DNA of 64,000 nucleotides from Alphaproteobacteria bacterium (GTDB lineage: Bacteria; Pseudomonadota; Alphaproteobacteria; UBA828). Numbering within the stretch: the stretch's first letter is position 1; the number at the start of each line of letters is the position of its first letter. The DNA is taken from the NCBI GenBank assembly GCA_965220745.1, contig CBDCQT010000012.1, positions 96,001 to 160,000 on the forward strand, given 5' to 3'. The notes under the pieces are model-generated. The model was not told the origin of the DNA, searched no databases, and was given only the letters and a program-made list of their open reading frames with translations. Positions 42,430 to 52,067 of this stretch are shown here, in pieces. Position numbers and translations under genes: made by a program.

Positions 42430-42750
42430 AAATAGTACGAGAGCGTTTCCGTGTAGAAACACCAAGAGACGATATGGTGGTTTAGAAGTTTGAGCCAATA
42501 TGCGATGGTCGTCCACTTCTCATGTTGTATATCAGAGGTTTGTCAGATATTCAACCATAGAATTTTGAGTACAATGGCCATGGCAGGATTTGCCTGTCTT
42601 GTGGTGATAGTGACACTTTGGTGTTGAAGTGTTCCTCATATGGGCGGTAATCTGCGGCTTATGGGGTGCATCTCGATGATAGATATGTAGTCCGTATGGT
42701 TTCTACGGTATAATATGGGACGATATTGGGAAATCTCCATAGGATAGCGA
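42430..42750. promoter_or_regulatory. AT-rich non-coding region (promoter and/or oriT candidate)
   Basis: Sharp GC drop, TATAAT at about 42709, directly upstream of three RHH-like genes. Confidence 0.45.
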
Positions 42751-42758
42751 GCGGGCCG

Positions 42759-43091
42759 ATGCCGGCGAGACAAAAGGGCGAAAAGCGGAAGCAGCGCTGG
42801 GTCGGTGCAACCGATGCCGAATGGGCCGAGATCAGCGAAGGCGCGCAAGCGGCGGGATTGTCCAATTCCGACTACGTCATCCGGTGCTGCCTTGAGGGCA
42901 AGGCGCGGGCCGAGCCGACCGATGCCGCTCTGCCCTCGCCGGTGCTGCAGCGAGCGGTGAAGGCGGTATTGATCCTCGAAGAACTGCAAAGGCTGCGGCT
43001 CGCGAACGACGGCGAGATAGGCGAAGCACTGTGGCGGAGGGCGGTGGGCGAGGTGGACGCCTGGATCAAGGGCGAGGACGATCTGGGATGA
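42759..43091 (+). CDS. RHH/MobC-like protein 1
   Basis: ATDAEW..I...A.AAGLS.SDYV pattern. Confidence 0.6.
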   Translation: MPARQKGEKRKQRWVGATDAEWAEISEGAQAAGLSNSDYVIRCCLEGKARAEPTDAALPSPVLQRAVKAVLILEELQRLRLANDGEIGEALWRRAVGEVDAWIKGEDDLG

Positions 43092-43104
43092 AGCGGAAGG
43101 TGCC

Positions 43105-43431
43105 GTGATCCTCGCGAAGAAGCGCTGCATCTACTGCTCCCCAGAGACGCGGGAGAAGATGCGGCGGCGGGCCAGGAAGGAGAGGATTCCGCTCTCGCGC
43201 CTGGTCATTCTGTGCTGCCGCCGGGTTGCGAGCGCGAGCGCTCCTCCGGAACCGCCCGGTCATCGCCTGGCGCTTGCCGAGGACGCGCAGCGCCGCCTTT
43301 ACGAGGACAGCCGCGTTCTCGCCCGGTCGAAGGGCATCGTTGTCGATGCGCAGGAAGGCGGGAAGGCGACCCTGGCGATCCATGAAGTGGTTCGTTTTCT
43401 GCTGCTTTGCGAAGAAGAGCAGGAGGCATGA
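43105..43431 (+). CDS. RHH-like protein 2
   Basis: IYCS.E.RE....RA......LSRL pattern; coupled to next gene. Confidence 0.5.
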   Translation: MILAKKRCIYCSPETREKMRRRARKERIPLSRLVILCCRRVASASAPPEPPGHRLALAEDAQRRLYEDSRVLARSKGIVVDAQEGGKATLAIHEVVRFLLLCEEEQEA

Positions 43432-43925
43432 GCAAGCCGCGCGTGCGCAGGGCGGGGACCGAACAAACGATTTCCGCGACCGACGAGGAATGGGCCGACG
43501 TCCAGTCGGGGGCGGACGAAGCCAGAATGTCGGTGTCGGCCTGGGTGGTCCATTGCGTGTTGACGGTGGACCCCCTGCCGCGGAAGCATCGCCGGCTGGT
43601 GCTCGACGAGAAACAGCAGAAATCTGTCTCACGGGCCGTGAGCGAGCATGCACGGAGCCTGCGCTCGGACGTCGACGCGCCTTCGCAGGTCACCGACGAC
43701 CTCGGCGCGCTGCTGAAGGCGCGGCTTGAGACGATGGACCGGCAGGACCGGGGCAGCGAAGCCGCGACGCTCCTTCGGCAGGTATTCGGCGAGGAGCGGG
43801 CGGCAATCATCGCCGCCGCCTTCATGCCGAATGTACGGATGACGCCGGAAGCGGCGCAAAAACCGCAGAAGCCCGCACCCCGAAAGAAAAGGGTCCGCGA
43901 CTCCGGTCAGGGCGAGTTGTTCTGA
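43428..43925 (+). CDS. RHH/MobC-like protein 3
   Basis: RBS AGGAGG, ISATDEEW..V...A....MSVS.WV, similar to protein 1. Confidence 0.6.
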   Translation: MSKPRVRRAGTEQTISATDEEWADVQSGADEARMSVSAWVVHCVLTVDPLPRKHRRLVLDEKQQKSVSRAVSEHARSLRSDVDAPSQVTDDLGALLKARLETMDRQDRGSEAATLLRQVFGEERAAIIAAAFMPNVRMTPEAAQKPQKPAPRKKRVRDSGQGELF

Positions 43926-44230
43926 TTGCAGGCAGGCAGATCGGGCGAACAGGTGCGGCAGTCAAGAGAGAGCGAGGTCGACCCGCGCGGGCCTCTGCCC
44001 CCGACGGTGTCGGGCTGGAAAGACGGGGCACCTCCGATGACGTCCCTTGATCATCGAGGCAAGGGCCGAGGGGCTCCGGCCGGTCGACGAACGGCTGGAG
44101 CGCTCGCCGCGCTGCATCGAGCTCGCCTGGGCCAGGCGCTGAAACGGCGTCCTGCCCTCGACCACGGTGGGCGGCGGCCTCTCGCCGCTCCTGTCGCTCC
44201 AGTGAAGCAGGGGGCATCGGCGGGACAATC

Positions 44231-45598
44231 ATGGCTCTCGAAGTCGTAAAGGCGTTCACCCTGGAGCACGTCCGGTGGCTCGCGCCCCTCGAGGAATGGG
44301 CCCTGCGCGAGGTGAAGGGCGCAGCGGTAGAGGGCAGGGAGCCGAAGCCGGAGGCGCGAGGGATCTACGACCCCTTGACCGAGGACATCCGCAACGGGAA
44401 CTGCTGGATCCTCTGCAATTGCCTTCCCCATGAGCCGGAGCGGCCGGTCATCGTGCCCGCTCGGAGAACGCGCGGCATCAGTCTCGGCAACCTGCCCGAC
44501 GCTCCGGTGCCGCATGACGGGAGTTGCGTCTTCCGCCTGCGCGGACACTCGATAGACACCTCCGGTTATCTCTTCAATCCGCTGACGTACGACCGGCAGG
44601 GCGCGGCTTCGTTGGAACGCGACCGGAGGCGCGAACCCCGGGGCCGGGGCGGTCGGTCGGTCCCGGTCGTGGCCCACGTGCTCAAGTGCTTCATCCGGGA
44701 GGCGCGGCTGCACACGTTGGCAGGCGCGGAGCGGTTCCCGTCTCCGGCGGACTGGCTCGCGGAACTCGCGCGCGCCGCGGCCGCGTTCCCCGTTGCGCCG
44801 AATGTTCCGGCGTCGGAGGTGCTGTTGACCGACCCCGCGAGATGGCGCTCGGGCGAATTCCAGAAAAGGCTGGACGAGCGCGCACAGAAGTGGCCGAAGG
44901 GTTCCCCGCCCTGCGGCTTCCTGTGCTGGGACGCGGACGACGTGGAGGACCACGAGATCAACGGCAAGACCACGGGCGCCGGCCACGTGAGGGTGACCTC
45001 TCGCGTGGTCTCTCCGCGCGTCTACGACAACAGGGTGGTGGGGCCCTATCTCTTCCTGGGGGCGCTGGAACAGTCCGAAGACCGATCCGGGTGGGAGTGC
45101 TGCATGGCCTATGCACATCCCATCGCCGCACTGGAATTGCCGATCCCGGTCGAGTCGGAATACGAGCGCCAGGCGCTCCTGTCGCTTCCACAACTGGTCC
45201 GGGATCTCCAGAGCGACACGAAGCTTGAGGAGGCGCTCGGCGGGGTCGTCGGGGTCGAGCTCCAGAAGCCTCTCTTCGAGATAGGGGTGCGCGAAGGCCC
45301 CTGTCGACCGGACGTCCTTCTCACCGTGACCCGCCCTGGCGGTCCGGTCCCCCGTGTCCCCGACGATGCCTTCGACGGCAGCGACAAGGTGCACTACGTC
45401 ATCGAGGTCATGGGGTTCGACGACGAGAAATACAAGAAACGGAAGGAAAAGACCCACCGCCGGATGGAGCGGCTCGGCCGGGTGATCCCCCTGGAGGGGT
45501 GGACGTTCGAGGCCGCTCACTACGGCCTGGAGCGCCAGCTCGAGAGGATCGCCTTGCGGATCGCGAAGGATCTCATCCGGCGATGGGGAGCAAGCTGA
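44231..45598 (+). CDS. Hypothetical protein with Cys/His motif and PD-(D/E)xK-like nuclease C-terminus
   Basis: WILCNC, H...C.F, PVES.YER, RPD.LL, IEVMGF...Y..RK. Confidence 0.6.
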   Translation: MALEVVKAFTLEHVRWLAPLEEWALREVKGAAVEGREPKPEARGIYDPLTEDIRNGNCWILCNCLPHEPERPVIVPARRTRGISLGNLPDAPVPHDGSCVFRLRGHSIDTSGYLFNPLTYDRQGAASLERDRRREPRGRGGRSVPVVAHVLKCFIREARLHTLAGAERFPSPADWLAELARAAAAFPVAPNVPASEVLLTDPARWRSGEFQKRLDERAQKWPKGSPPCGFLCWDADDVEDHEINGKTTGAGHVRVTSRVVSPRVYDNRVVGPYLFLGALEQSEDRSGWECCMAYAHPIAALELPIPVESEYERQALLSLPQLVRDLQSDTKLEEALGGVVGVELQKPLFEIGVREGPCRPDVLLTVTRPGGPVPRVPDDAFDGSDKVHYVIEVMGFDDEKYKKRKEKTHRRMERLGRVIPLEGWTFEAAHYGLERQLERIALRIAKDLIRRWGAS

Positions 45599-45766
45599 CG
45601 GTTCCGGTTCCCGCGGCGGGTTCCCGGCGCCCCGAAAACGCCGAACCGGCGGCGCGTCGGAGGCGGCCGGCAGTCGCAGGAACCTCACTGGGCTCCGCGA
45701 CGGCCTGGAGCGCACATGGTACGGCACACTAACATGCCGGATCGGCTTCCCGGGAATGCGACGACA

Positions 45767-48700
45767 CTAAGGCATCCAGGGGCGCCTGCGCATGACGTAG
45801 TGCCGTCCATGCTGCTGGTTCAGTTCGACCCGTATCTTGTCCAGCTCCATCTTTCTGGCGCGCGCCTTGGACCAGCGTTCGTCCTCGTCGTCCCGGAATG
45901 CGCGCCATCGCGCGAATGGGAAGAGTTCGTCGAGCGAAAGGCTGAATTCCCGGCAAGGCTCGTCGTCCGAACGCGAGATCTCGCGGAGCTTGCAGCTGTC
46001 CTCCGCTTCGGTCTTCCCCGCCGTTCTCTCGACCACCTCCAGCTCGATCTGCACGACCGTCGGGCGGCCCAGGCGCGCGCTCGCCGGCGCAGCCGTTTCC
46101 GATCGGCCGACCTCGCTGCACCACAACCGGTCGCCCCTGGTGAGATCCCGTGAGCAGTCGAGTGGATAGCTGGCCGGGGGTTCCGGCCACTGGCGCGCCC
46201 GCTCCACCTCGCGAAGCCTCTCGTCGCTCCACTCCGCGCGATGGACGCGGCCCGCGAGCTTCGTTGCGGACATTCGCGTCACCGGCTCTTCGGCTGTGCG
46301 CCCCGTCGCCGGCGCAGCCCATTCCAGCTCCACCTCGTCGTGGCGGGTACACCCGCCGGTCCGTCCGGGCTGGAGCACCACCGCTTCGCGTTGCGGCTCG
46401 TCGTCCGATCGCTGCAACCTGATCCTGTCGCCCGCGAGCAGCGGTTCCGCGCCCCACCAACGGCGGTCGAACGCGTGCCCGACGGCGGGATCGCGAAGCC
46501 GTGCCAGCTCCGCGCCCACCATCTCCGCGATCCGGTCCTCCTCCAGCTCGGGAACGGTTTTCCGCTCGCTTGCGCGCCGAAGTCTCTGCTCGATGCGCTC
46601 GAGCATATCCGGGCGACCTCGCCAGCGCTCCCGGGTGCCCTCGTCCAGTACCCACTGGGCGTCGTCCTCGAACCGGAGGCTTCGTTCTTGCCACGCCGGC
46701 CATTCGGCAAGCAGCGACAACGGCAGTGTCTCCCGCGTCGCGCGTTCCTCGAGCCGGCGGTATTGCTCGTCTACCTGATTCGCTTCCCGGAACAGGCTTT
46801 GGAACGTCATCCATTCGATTGAGAGGGCGGCATGCTCGTCGATCTCGGCCTGCAGCCGGCGCCGGGCCGCCTCTTCCAGGTCCGGTTCCTTCGCCAGGCG
46901 CTCCGCTCGGGCGATGGACTTGTCGTACCCCTCGTCACCCACGGGCGAGATGCCCTGCGCCAGCGCACCGGGTTTCGTCTCCTCGATCCGGTTCATCACC
47001 GAGACGAAGCGGTCGAGCAGGTGGTGACTCTCCAGCCGCTTCAGAGCGGCAGTCAGCGCTTCCCTGCCATCCGGTATCCGGTCGAGATGGGGAGCATAGG
47101 TGTCTTCGTCCTTGTGGATTGCTCGTCCCGTGGTCAGCAGCTTCTCCGGAAAGTCGGTGAGGGACCGGTAGCCCGGCAGGCCGATGACGAGGAAATCAGA
47201 ATCCTGCCGGGCACGCCGCTTCGCTTCTTCCTGCAGGTCCTTCCAGTACTGCCCATGTTGCCCGGCTCCCTGGAGGAAACCGTCGACGGTGGCGCGCTCC
47301 GTGCTGCATCGACTGTCGTATTCCAGCACCCGCTCCACCATGTTACGTGCCTGGTCCGGCAAGCCCTCCCTCCGGCCGAGCGCGCGGGCCTCCTCGACGA
47401 GCTCTTCCCAGCCCGGCAGATAGAAGGCGATGACGTTCCCGGCCTTCGCCCGGTCCGCCATCGCCAGACGCTTCTCGAACACCCCCGCCCAGGCCAGATC
47501 GTGCTTGCCGAGTTCATCGAGCTGATCGACGGCGGCCGCGATCTCCCCCGCTTCATCCTTCAACCGGTCGAGATGGGGTTGCCATGTATCATGGGGCCGC
47601 CATGTATCATGGGGCCGCCATGTATCATGGGGCCGCCATGTATCATGGGGCCGCCATGTATCCGGATCTTCACGCTTGGAATCCGGCACTTCACGCATGG
47701 CGCGCCAGCCTTCGCCCAGCTCTCCGCAACGCGCCAGCCAGTCGGCATAGCCTGCCAGTTCGGTGGGCGGGGTGAATGTAGATCGGTACTCCGTGCTGGC
47801 GCGGTCCTCCAACTTCGTGTGCTCGTCCAGAAGCCCGACCGCAGAGGCATGAAGTGCGACGATTGCCGCCTTCCGTTCTTCGCAGGCCTCTGCATGGTCA
47901 AGGACCTCCCTGGCTGCTGCCAGCGCCCATGCAGGAAGGGGGGATCGCCTGGTAAGTGTCGTGGCCCGCCCGACAAGATCGTCATGGCCCTCGGCGTAAA
48001 ACGGAATCGCGCCTTCAGCCGCGGCCCGCGCCGCCACCTCGCGGCGTATCGTGTCGAATGCGAGCACCGCGTCGTCGACCGCCAGCAGGTCGGCGAGCTG
48101 CCCGAGGCGCTCTGAGATCGTTCCGCCCACTTCGCCCGCGCGCTCGCCCAGGGCCGCGAGCAGGACCTTGCCGTTCGCCGAAAGACGTCCCGACATCTCC
48201 CGCCACTCCGGGTAGTCTTCCAGTCCGGCAACCGGGCACGTCGCGGACTCGGCGGCCTCGTCCAGGCCGCGCCTCGTTGCGTCATGCGCATCGAGCAGTC
48301 CGAGGAACTCCACTGCCGCCCTGTCCCCCTCACGGCAGGCGCGGTCGTAGGCGAGCAGGCCGTCCACGTCCTCCCGTGTCAGGGCCGGCAGGTCCGGCTT
48401 CCCGGCGAGCTCCCGCGCGCGTCCGATCAGCGCCCCGTAGCCCTCCACCAGGAACAACACCGTAGCCTCGCGCCGCGCCCGCCGTTCAAGGGCCTCCCAT
48501 TCGTCGCGCAGCGTCCAGACAGGCTCCTTCTCCGCCAGCAGCCGGACGATCTCCTCAGGCTCAATCTCGATCGGAGCGTCGACCGCCTCGATCGCCGTCG
48601 GCCGCTCCCCGGTGTTGTCGGCCAGAACCTTCACCAGCTGCTCGGCATTGTCGGTGAGCACCACCGCCCGCTCCCGCGCCCGGCTGATCTCGACGTAGAA

Positions 48701-51298
48701 GGTCGACTGGTCGGTGAGCGCGCCGTGGCTCGAATCCAGCACCGCGATCACCCCCTCCGCCGTGCTCCCCTGCGCGCCGTGCACGGTCGAGCTCCAGGCG
48801 TGGTCGATATGCCGCAGCTGCGGATCGTCCAACCGCAGCGACAGCCCCCGCCCGTCCGCCAGTCTGAACCGCACCCGGCCCTTGGCGATCCCCTCCACCT
48901 CGGCCCGCTCGCCGTTGATGAGCGACCGCTTCCTGTCGTTCCGGGTCCAGCGGATCCGGTCGCCCGCGCGGACCTCCATGGGACGGGTCTCGTAGACGTC
49001 GAGCTGGTAACGGATCGAGCCCGCCGGGCGGATCCAGCGCTGCTTGCCGTCGGGATGCAGCAGCATCACCCGGTCGTAGTCGATCCCGGTCACCGTCAGG
49101 ATCTCGTCCTTCTTCAGCCGGTAGTTGACCAGGTCCTGGTGGAACACCACCAGGTCCCCTTCGCGGTAGTTGCGCACGTCCCCCTTCTCGGTCCGGGTCA
49201 AGCCCAGGCTGACCAGGCGCTCGATCCCGAGCGCCTTCCCCCGGAGCACCCCCTCATTCGCCAGTGCCTCCCGGACGGTCCGGTTGATTTCCTCCCTCAA
49301 CGCATGGGTCGGCGCGACCAGCAGGGTGTTGTCGCGGGTGGCGGGGTCGAGAGCCAGCCAGGCCTGCGCCGCCTTCTCGCCGAGCTCTTCGTGCGCCACC
49401 TCGTGCACGCTGCTGCCGAGCAGCTCCACCGCCTCGCCGGGATCGCCCGCCAGAACCGCCTGCACCGCCGCCCGCAGCTCCGGGTTCCGCTGGCGCAGGA
49501 TGTCGTCCATCGCCGCCGTCGTCATCCCCGCCCGCTGCAGCAGACGGAACGGCTGCCCGGCTTCCACCGCGCGGAGCTGGCTGCTGTCGCCCACCAGCAC
49601 CACGCGGGAAGCGTCGAGCTCGTCCGCCGCCCGCAACAGCGAGCGCATCTGGTCGGTCGACACCATCGAGGCCTCGTCCAGCACCAGCACCGCGCCGCCG
49701 AAGGTCTCCCTCAACGCCTCCAGCGCCTGTCGGTTGCCGCCCGCCGCCCGGCGGCGCGCCAGGAACCACTGAAGCGTTCGGGCATGAATGCCGGTCTCGC
49801 GACCCAGCACCGCAGCCGCCGCAGCCGAGGGCGCGAGTCCGAACACCGGCTTCTCCCCGGCAAGCGCCCGCACCTGGCGCAGCATCGTCGTCTTGCCGGT
49901 CCCGGCCCGGCCCTGCACGCCGACGACCCGGTCGTGCGCCAGCAGGATCGTGCGAACCGCCTCCCCCTGTCCCTCGGTGAGCCCGGCGCCGTCGAGACGG
50001 GCGGCCACGTCCCTCTCCCGGGCCAGCGCCGCGCCGGCACCGATCCCGGCCTTCATCATGGCGATCGTGGACCGCTCTGCCTTCAGCGCCCGGTCGGTGA
50101 CGAAGGCCCGGTCGGCGCGCCGCAGCTGGGCCTCGACCAGGTGGCCGTCGCGGACCAGCCAGGCGATCGTGTCCCGGATCTCCCCGAGCGAATGCCGGCC
50201 CGGCGAATGGCCGAGAGCAAGCGCCTCGAGCTCGTGTTCGGAAAAGACCGATTGCCGTTCCTCAAGCTGGCGCATGCAGCGGCGCACGATCGCCAGCGCG
50301 GACGGGCTCTCCGGAAGCATGATCGCTTGCTCGGAGCGTGTCTCTGCGAGCGCCGTGTCGAGGCTCAATTCCTGTGCGCGGGCCCGCCATAGCTCCTGCA
50401 GCTGAGCCCGCACCGGCTCCGCCTTCCGCTTGCGCGTCGCCAGCGTCGCCGCCTGCATCGCCGCCGCGCCGCGGTCCCAGCCCTTCTCGTCCACATAGGC
50501 CAGGATCTCGTGCCTGCGCGTCGAGAAGGCTCTCCGCAGCTCCCCGCCGTAGCCCGCAAGCTCGAAGCTCGGCAGCCGACCCACCATCGCCGGCACGATC
50601 GAATAGCCCTTCGCTATCAGCTGCCGCGCCAGCCGGTCGCGGTAATAGGCTCCGATCAATCTCGCATTGCGGTGCAGCAGCGTCGGCTCCACGCTTTTCC
50701 ACCGCCCCTCCTCGTCCCGGGTCATGTTGGCGATCACGGCGTGAGTGTGGAGCTGCGGATCGAGGTTGCGGCTTGCGATGTGGCGGAACAGCGCCGCCAC
50801 CATCGAGGGCGCCTTCACCCTTGGCCGCCTGCCGGTGGCGGGGTCCCAGCCACGGGTCTCCAGCAGCATCCCCTCGATCCAGTCGAGCGTCTCGCGCACC
50901 GCCGCACTGTGCGCGCGAATGACCGCCCGGTCGCCGTGCGGGTGTTCCTCCGTCGGCAGAAGCGCCGCCAGCGACACCGACTTCGGCGCCGAGAAGGTGA
51001 TGTCGAAGCCCGGGCGATGCTCGTGCTGCCCGTCGCGCAAGCGCCCGAGCCGAGTCCCTGTTCCGATCACGTGGCCCTGAAGAAGCTTCTCGAAGGCGCC
51101 CGCCGCGACCGGCTTGCCGGGATGCAGTCCCAGGGCAACCGCGCCCGCACCGTGCCAGGTGCTCGCGTTCCGGTGCTCGGCCCGCTTGGCCCGAAGGTCC
51201 GCCGCGTCCTCGCCTTTCCTCAAGTAGTAGCCGCCGTCCTGGCGGAAATACTCCGACGTGGCAGAGGACGAGGTCAGGTTGCGGACCGTCGCGACCAT
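45767..51298 (-). CDS. trwC: MOBF (TrwC/TraI-type) relaxase-helicase with long repetitive C-terminal extension
   Basis: Y..(G)GYY, FDITFSAPKSVS, H..SR.LDPQLHTH, FSTRR..I, G.AGTGKT, DEASM, GD..QL, TVH.AQG.T. Confidence 0.9.
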   Translation of the reverse strand: MVATVRNLTSSSATSEYFRQDGGYYLRKGEDAADLRAKRAEHRNASTWHGAGAVALGLHPGKPVAAGAFEKLLQGHVIGTGTRLGRLRDGQHEHRPGFDITFSAPKSVSLAALLPTEEHPHGDRAVIRAHSAAVRETLDWIEGMLLETRGWDPATGRRPRVKAPSMVAALFRHIASRNLDPQLHTHAVIANMTRDEEGRWKSVEPTLLHRNARLIGAYYRDRLARQLIAKGYSIVPAMVGRLPSFELAGYGGELRRAFSTRRHEILAYVDEKGWDRGAAAMQAATLATRKRKAEPVRAQLQELWRARAQELSLDTALAETRSEQAIMLPESPSALAIVRRCMRQLEERQSVFSEHELEALALGHSPGRHSLGEIRDTIAWLVRDGHLVEAQLRRADRAFVTDRALKAERSTIAMMKAGIGAGAALARERDVAARLDGAGLTEGQGEAVRTILLAHDRVVGVQGRAGTGKTTMLRQVRALAGEKPVFGLAPSAAAAAVLGRETGIHARTLQWFLARRRAAGGNRQALEALRETFGGAVLVLDEASMVSTDQMRSLLRAADELDASRVVLVGDSSQLRAVEAGQPFRLLQRAGMTTAAMDDILRQRNPELRAAVQAVLAGDPGEAVELLGSSVHEVAHEELGEKAAQAWLALDPATRDNTLLVAPTHALREEINRTVREALANEGVLRGKALGIERLVSLGLTRTEKGDVRNYREGDLVVFHQDLVNYRLKKDEILTVTGIDYDRVMLLHPDGKQRWIRPAGSIRYQLDVYETRPMEVRAGDRIRWTRNDRKRSLINGERAEVEGIAKGRVRFRLADGRGLSLRLDDPQLRHIDHAWSSTVHGAQGSTAEGVIAVLDSSHGALTDQSTFYVEISRARERAVVLTDNAEQLVKVLADNTGERPTAIEAVDAPIEIEPEEIVRLLAEKEPVWTLRDEWEALERRARREATVLFLVEGYGALIGRARELAGKPDLPALTREDVDGLLAYDRACREGDRAAVEFLGLLDAHDATRRGLDEAAESATCPVAGLEDYPEWREMSGRLSANGKVLLAALGERAGEVGGTISERLGQLADLLAVDDAVLAFDTIRREVAARAAAEGAIPFYAEGHDDLVGRATTLTRRSPLPAWALAAAREVLDHAEACEERKAAIVALHASAVGLLDEHTKLEDRASTEYRSTFTPPTELAGYADWLARCGELGEGWRAMREVPDSKREDPDTWRPHDTWRPHDTWRPHDTWRPHDTWQPHLDRLKDEAGEIAAAVDQLDELGKHDLAWAGVFEKRLAMADRAKAGNVIAFYLPGWEELVEEARALGRREGLPDQARNMVERVLEYDSRCSTERATVDGFLQGAGQHGQYWKDLQEEAKRRARQDSDFLVIGLPGYRSLTDFPEKLLTTGRAIHKDEDTYAPHLDRIPDGREALTAALKRLESHHLLDRFVSVMNRIEETKPGALAQGISPVGDEGYDKSIARAERLAKEPDLEEAARRRLQAEIDEHAALSIEWMTFQSLFREANQVDEQYRRLEERATRETLPLSLLAEWPAWQERSLRFEDDAQWVLDEGTRERWRGRPDMLERIEQRLRRASERKTVPELEEDRIAEMVGAELARLRDPAVGHAFDRRWWGAEPLLAGDRIRLQRSDDEPQREAVVLQPGRTGGCTRHDEVELEWAAPATGRTAEEPVTRMSATKLAGRVHRAEWSDERLREVERARQWPEPPASYPLDCSRDLTRGDRLWCSEVGRSETAAPASARLGRPTVVQIELEVVERTAGKTEAEDSCKLREISRSDDEPCREFSLSLDELFPFARWRAFRDDEDERWSKARARKMELDKIRVELNQQHGRHYVMRRRPWMP
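47573..47662 (-). repeat. 18-bp in-frame tandem repeat x5 (DTWRPH) in relaxase
   Basis: GCCATGTATCATGGGGCC units on + strand. Confidence 0.95.
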
Positions 51299-51420
51299 GA
51301 CGCAGGATCATAGCGGTCCGGCGGTGATGTCGCGGTCAAAATACGACCGGAGTTGGGGCTTGCGCTCCACTATAGGCGCACTTGTGCCGGCCCATCGTTG
51401 TAGGGGGCTTGGCGCTTTGT

Positions 51421-51657
51421 CTAGCCCTCGCTCCCCTTGGCGCCGTTGAGTTGTCTGGCCGCGAGAGCCTGTCGCACGAGTTCCATCGCGTAAGGAATCT
51501 GGCGGGCGTTATCCACCTCCACCTGAACGTCGCCGTTGCCCCAGAGCCCGAGATTGGTCACGTCGGCGGCAAGCCCGCGCGGGCCGGAGATGTCGTCAAA
51601 GCGCATGTTGAGGGAGAGCAGAAGCCGGCGCTTCTGCGGCACCACGTCCGTGAAGTT
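51421..51657 (-). pseudogene. C-terminal DUF5655-like fragment of a defence/R-M-associated gene, cut by IS3
   Basis: F.DVVPQ...L...LNM....I..P.GL..DVT.LG.WGNGDV.V...LVRQ. Confidence 0.65.
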
Positions 51658-51714
51658 TGATCCTCCCCCATCGGATTGGTCCACCCTTAGGTTATGGAAA
51701 GAGGAGGACCGACG

Positions 51715-51993
51715 ATGGCAAGGAAGCGTTACAAGCCCGAGGAGATCGTGAGCCTGCTGCGGCGGGCTGAGGTTCTGAACGGCCAGGGCATGTCGATGGC
51801 GGACGCGATCCGCGAGCTTGGGATCAGCGAGGTTACCTTCTACCGCTGGCGCAAGGAGTATGCCGGGATGAGCGGCGATCAGCTCCGCCGTTTGAAGGAG
51901 CTCGAGAAGGAGAACGAGCGGCTGCGCCGTGCGGTCTCCGATCTGACGCTGGACAAGCAGATTCTCAAAGAGGCCGCAGGGGGAAACTTCTAA
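51715..51993 (+). CDS. IS3 transposase OrfA
   Basis: Same protein as copy 1. Confidence 0.9.
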   Translation: MARKRYKPEEIVSLLRRAEVLNGQGMSMADAIRELGISEVTFYRWRKEYAGMSGDQLRRLKELEKENERLRRAVSDLTLDKQILKEAAGGNF

Positions 51994-52067
51994 GCCCCTC
52001 GCGCCGGCGCCAGTGCATCGATCATGTCTGTGACCGGCTCGGGGTCTCGGAACGCCGCGCTTGCCGG

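Noticed and set aside
47573-47662. Short repeats as a CRISPR array
   Set aside because: Head-to-tail units without spacers, in frame inside a gene; no cas genes in the window.
51300-51420. Specific oriT/nic site upstream of the relaxase (also 54790-54850)
   Set aside because: Small hairpins and a GTCTATGG-like string exist but do not match a MOBF nic consensus well enough to call.
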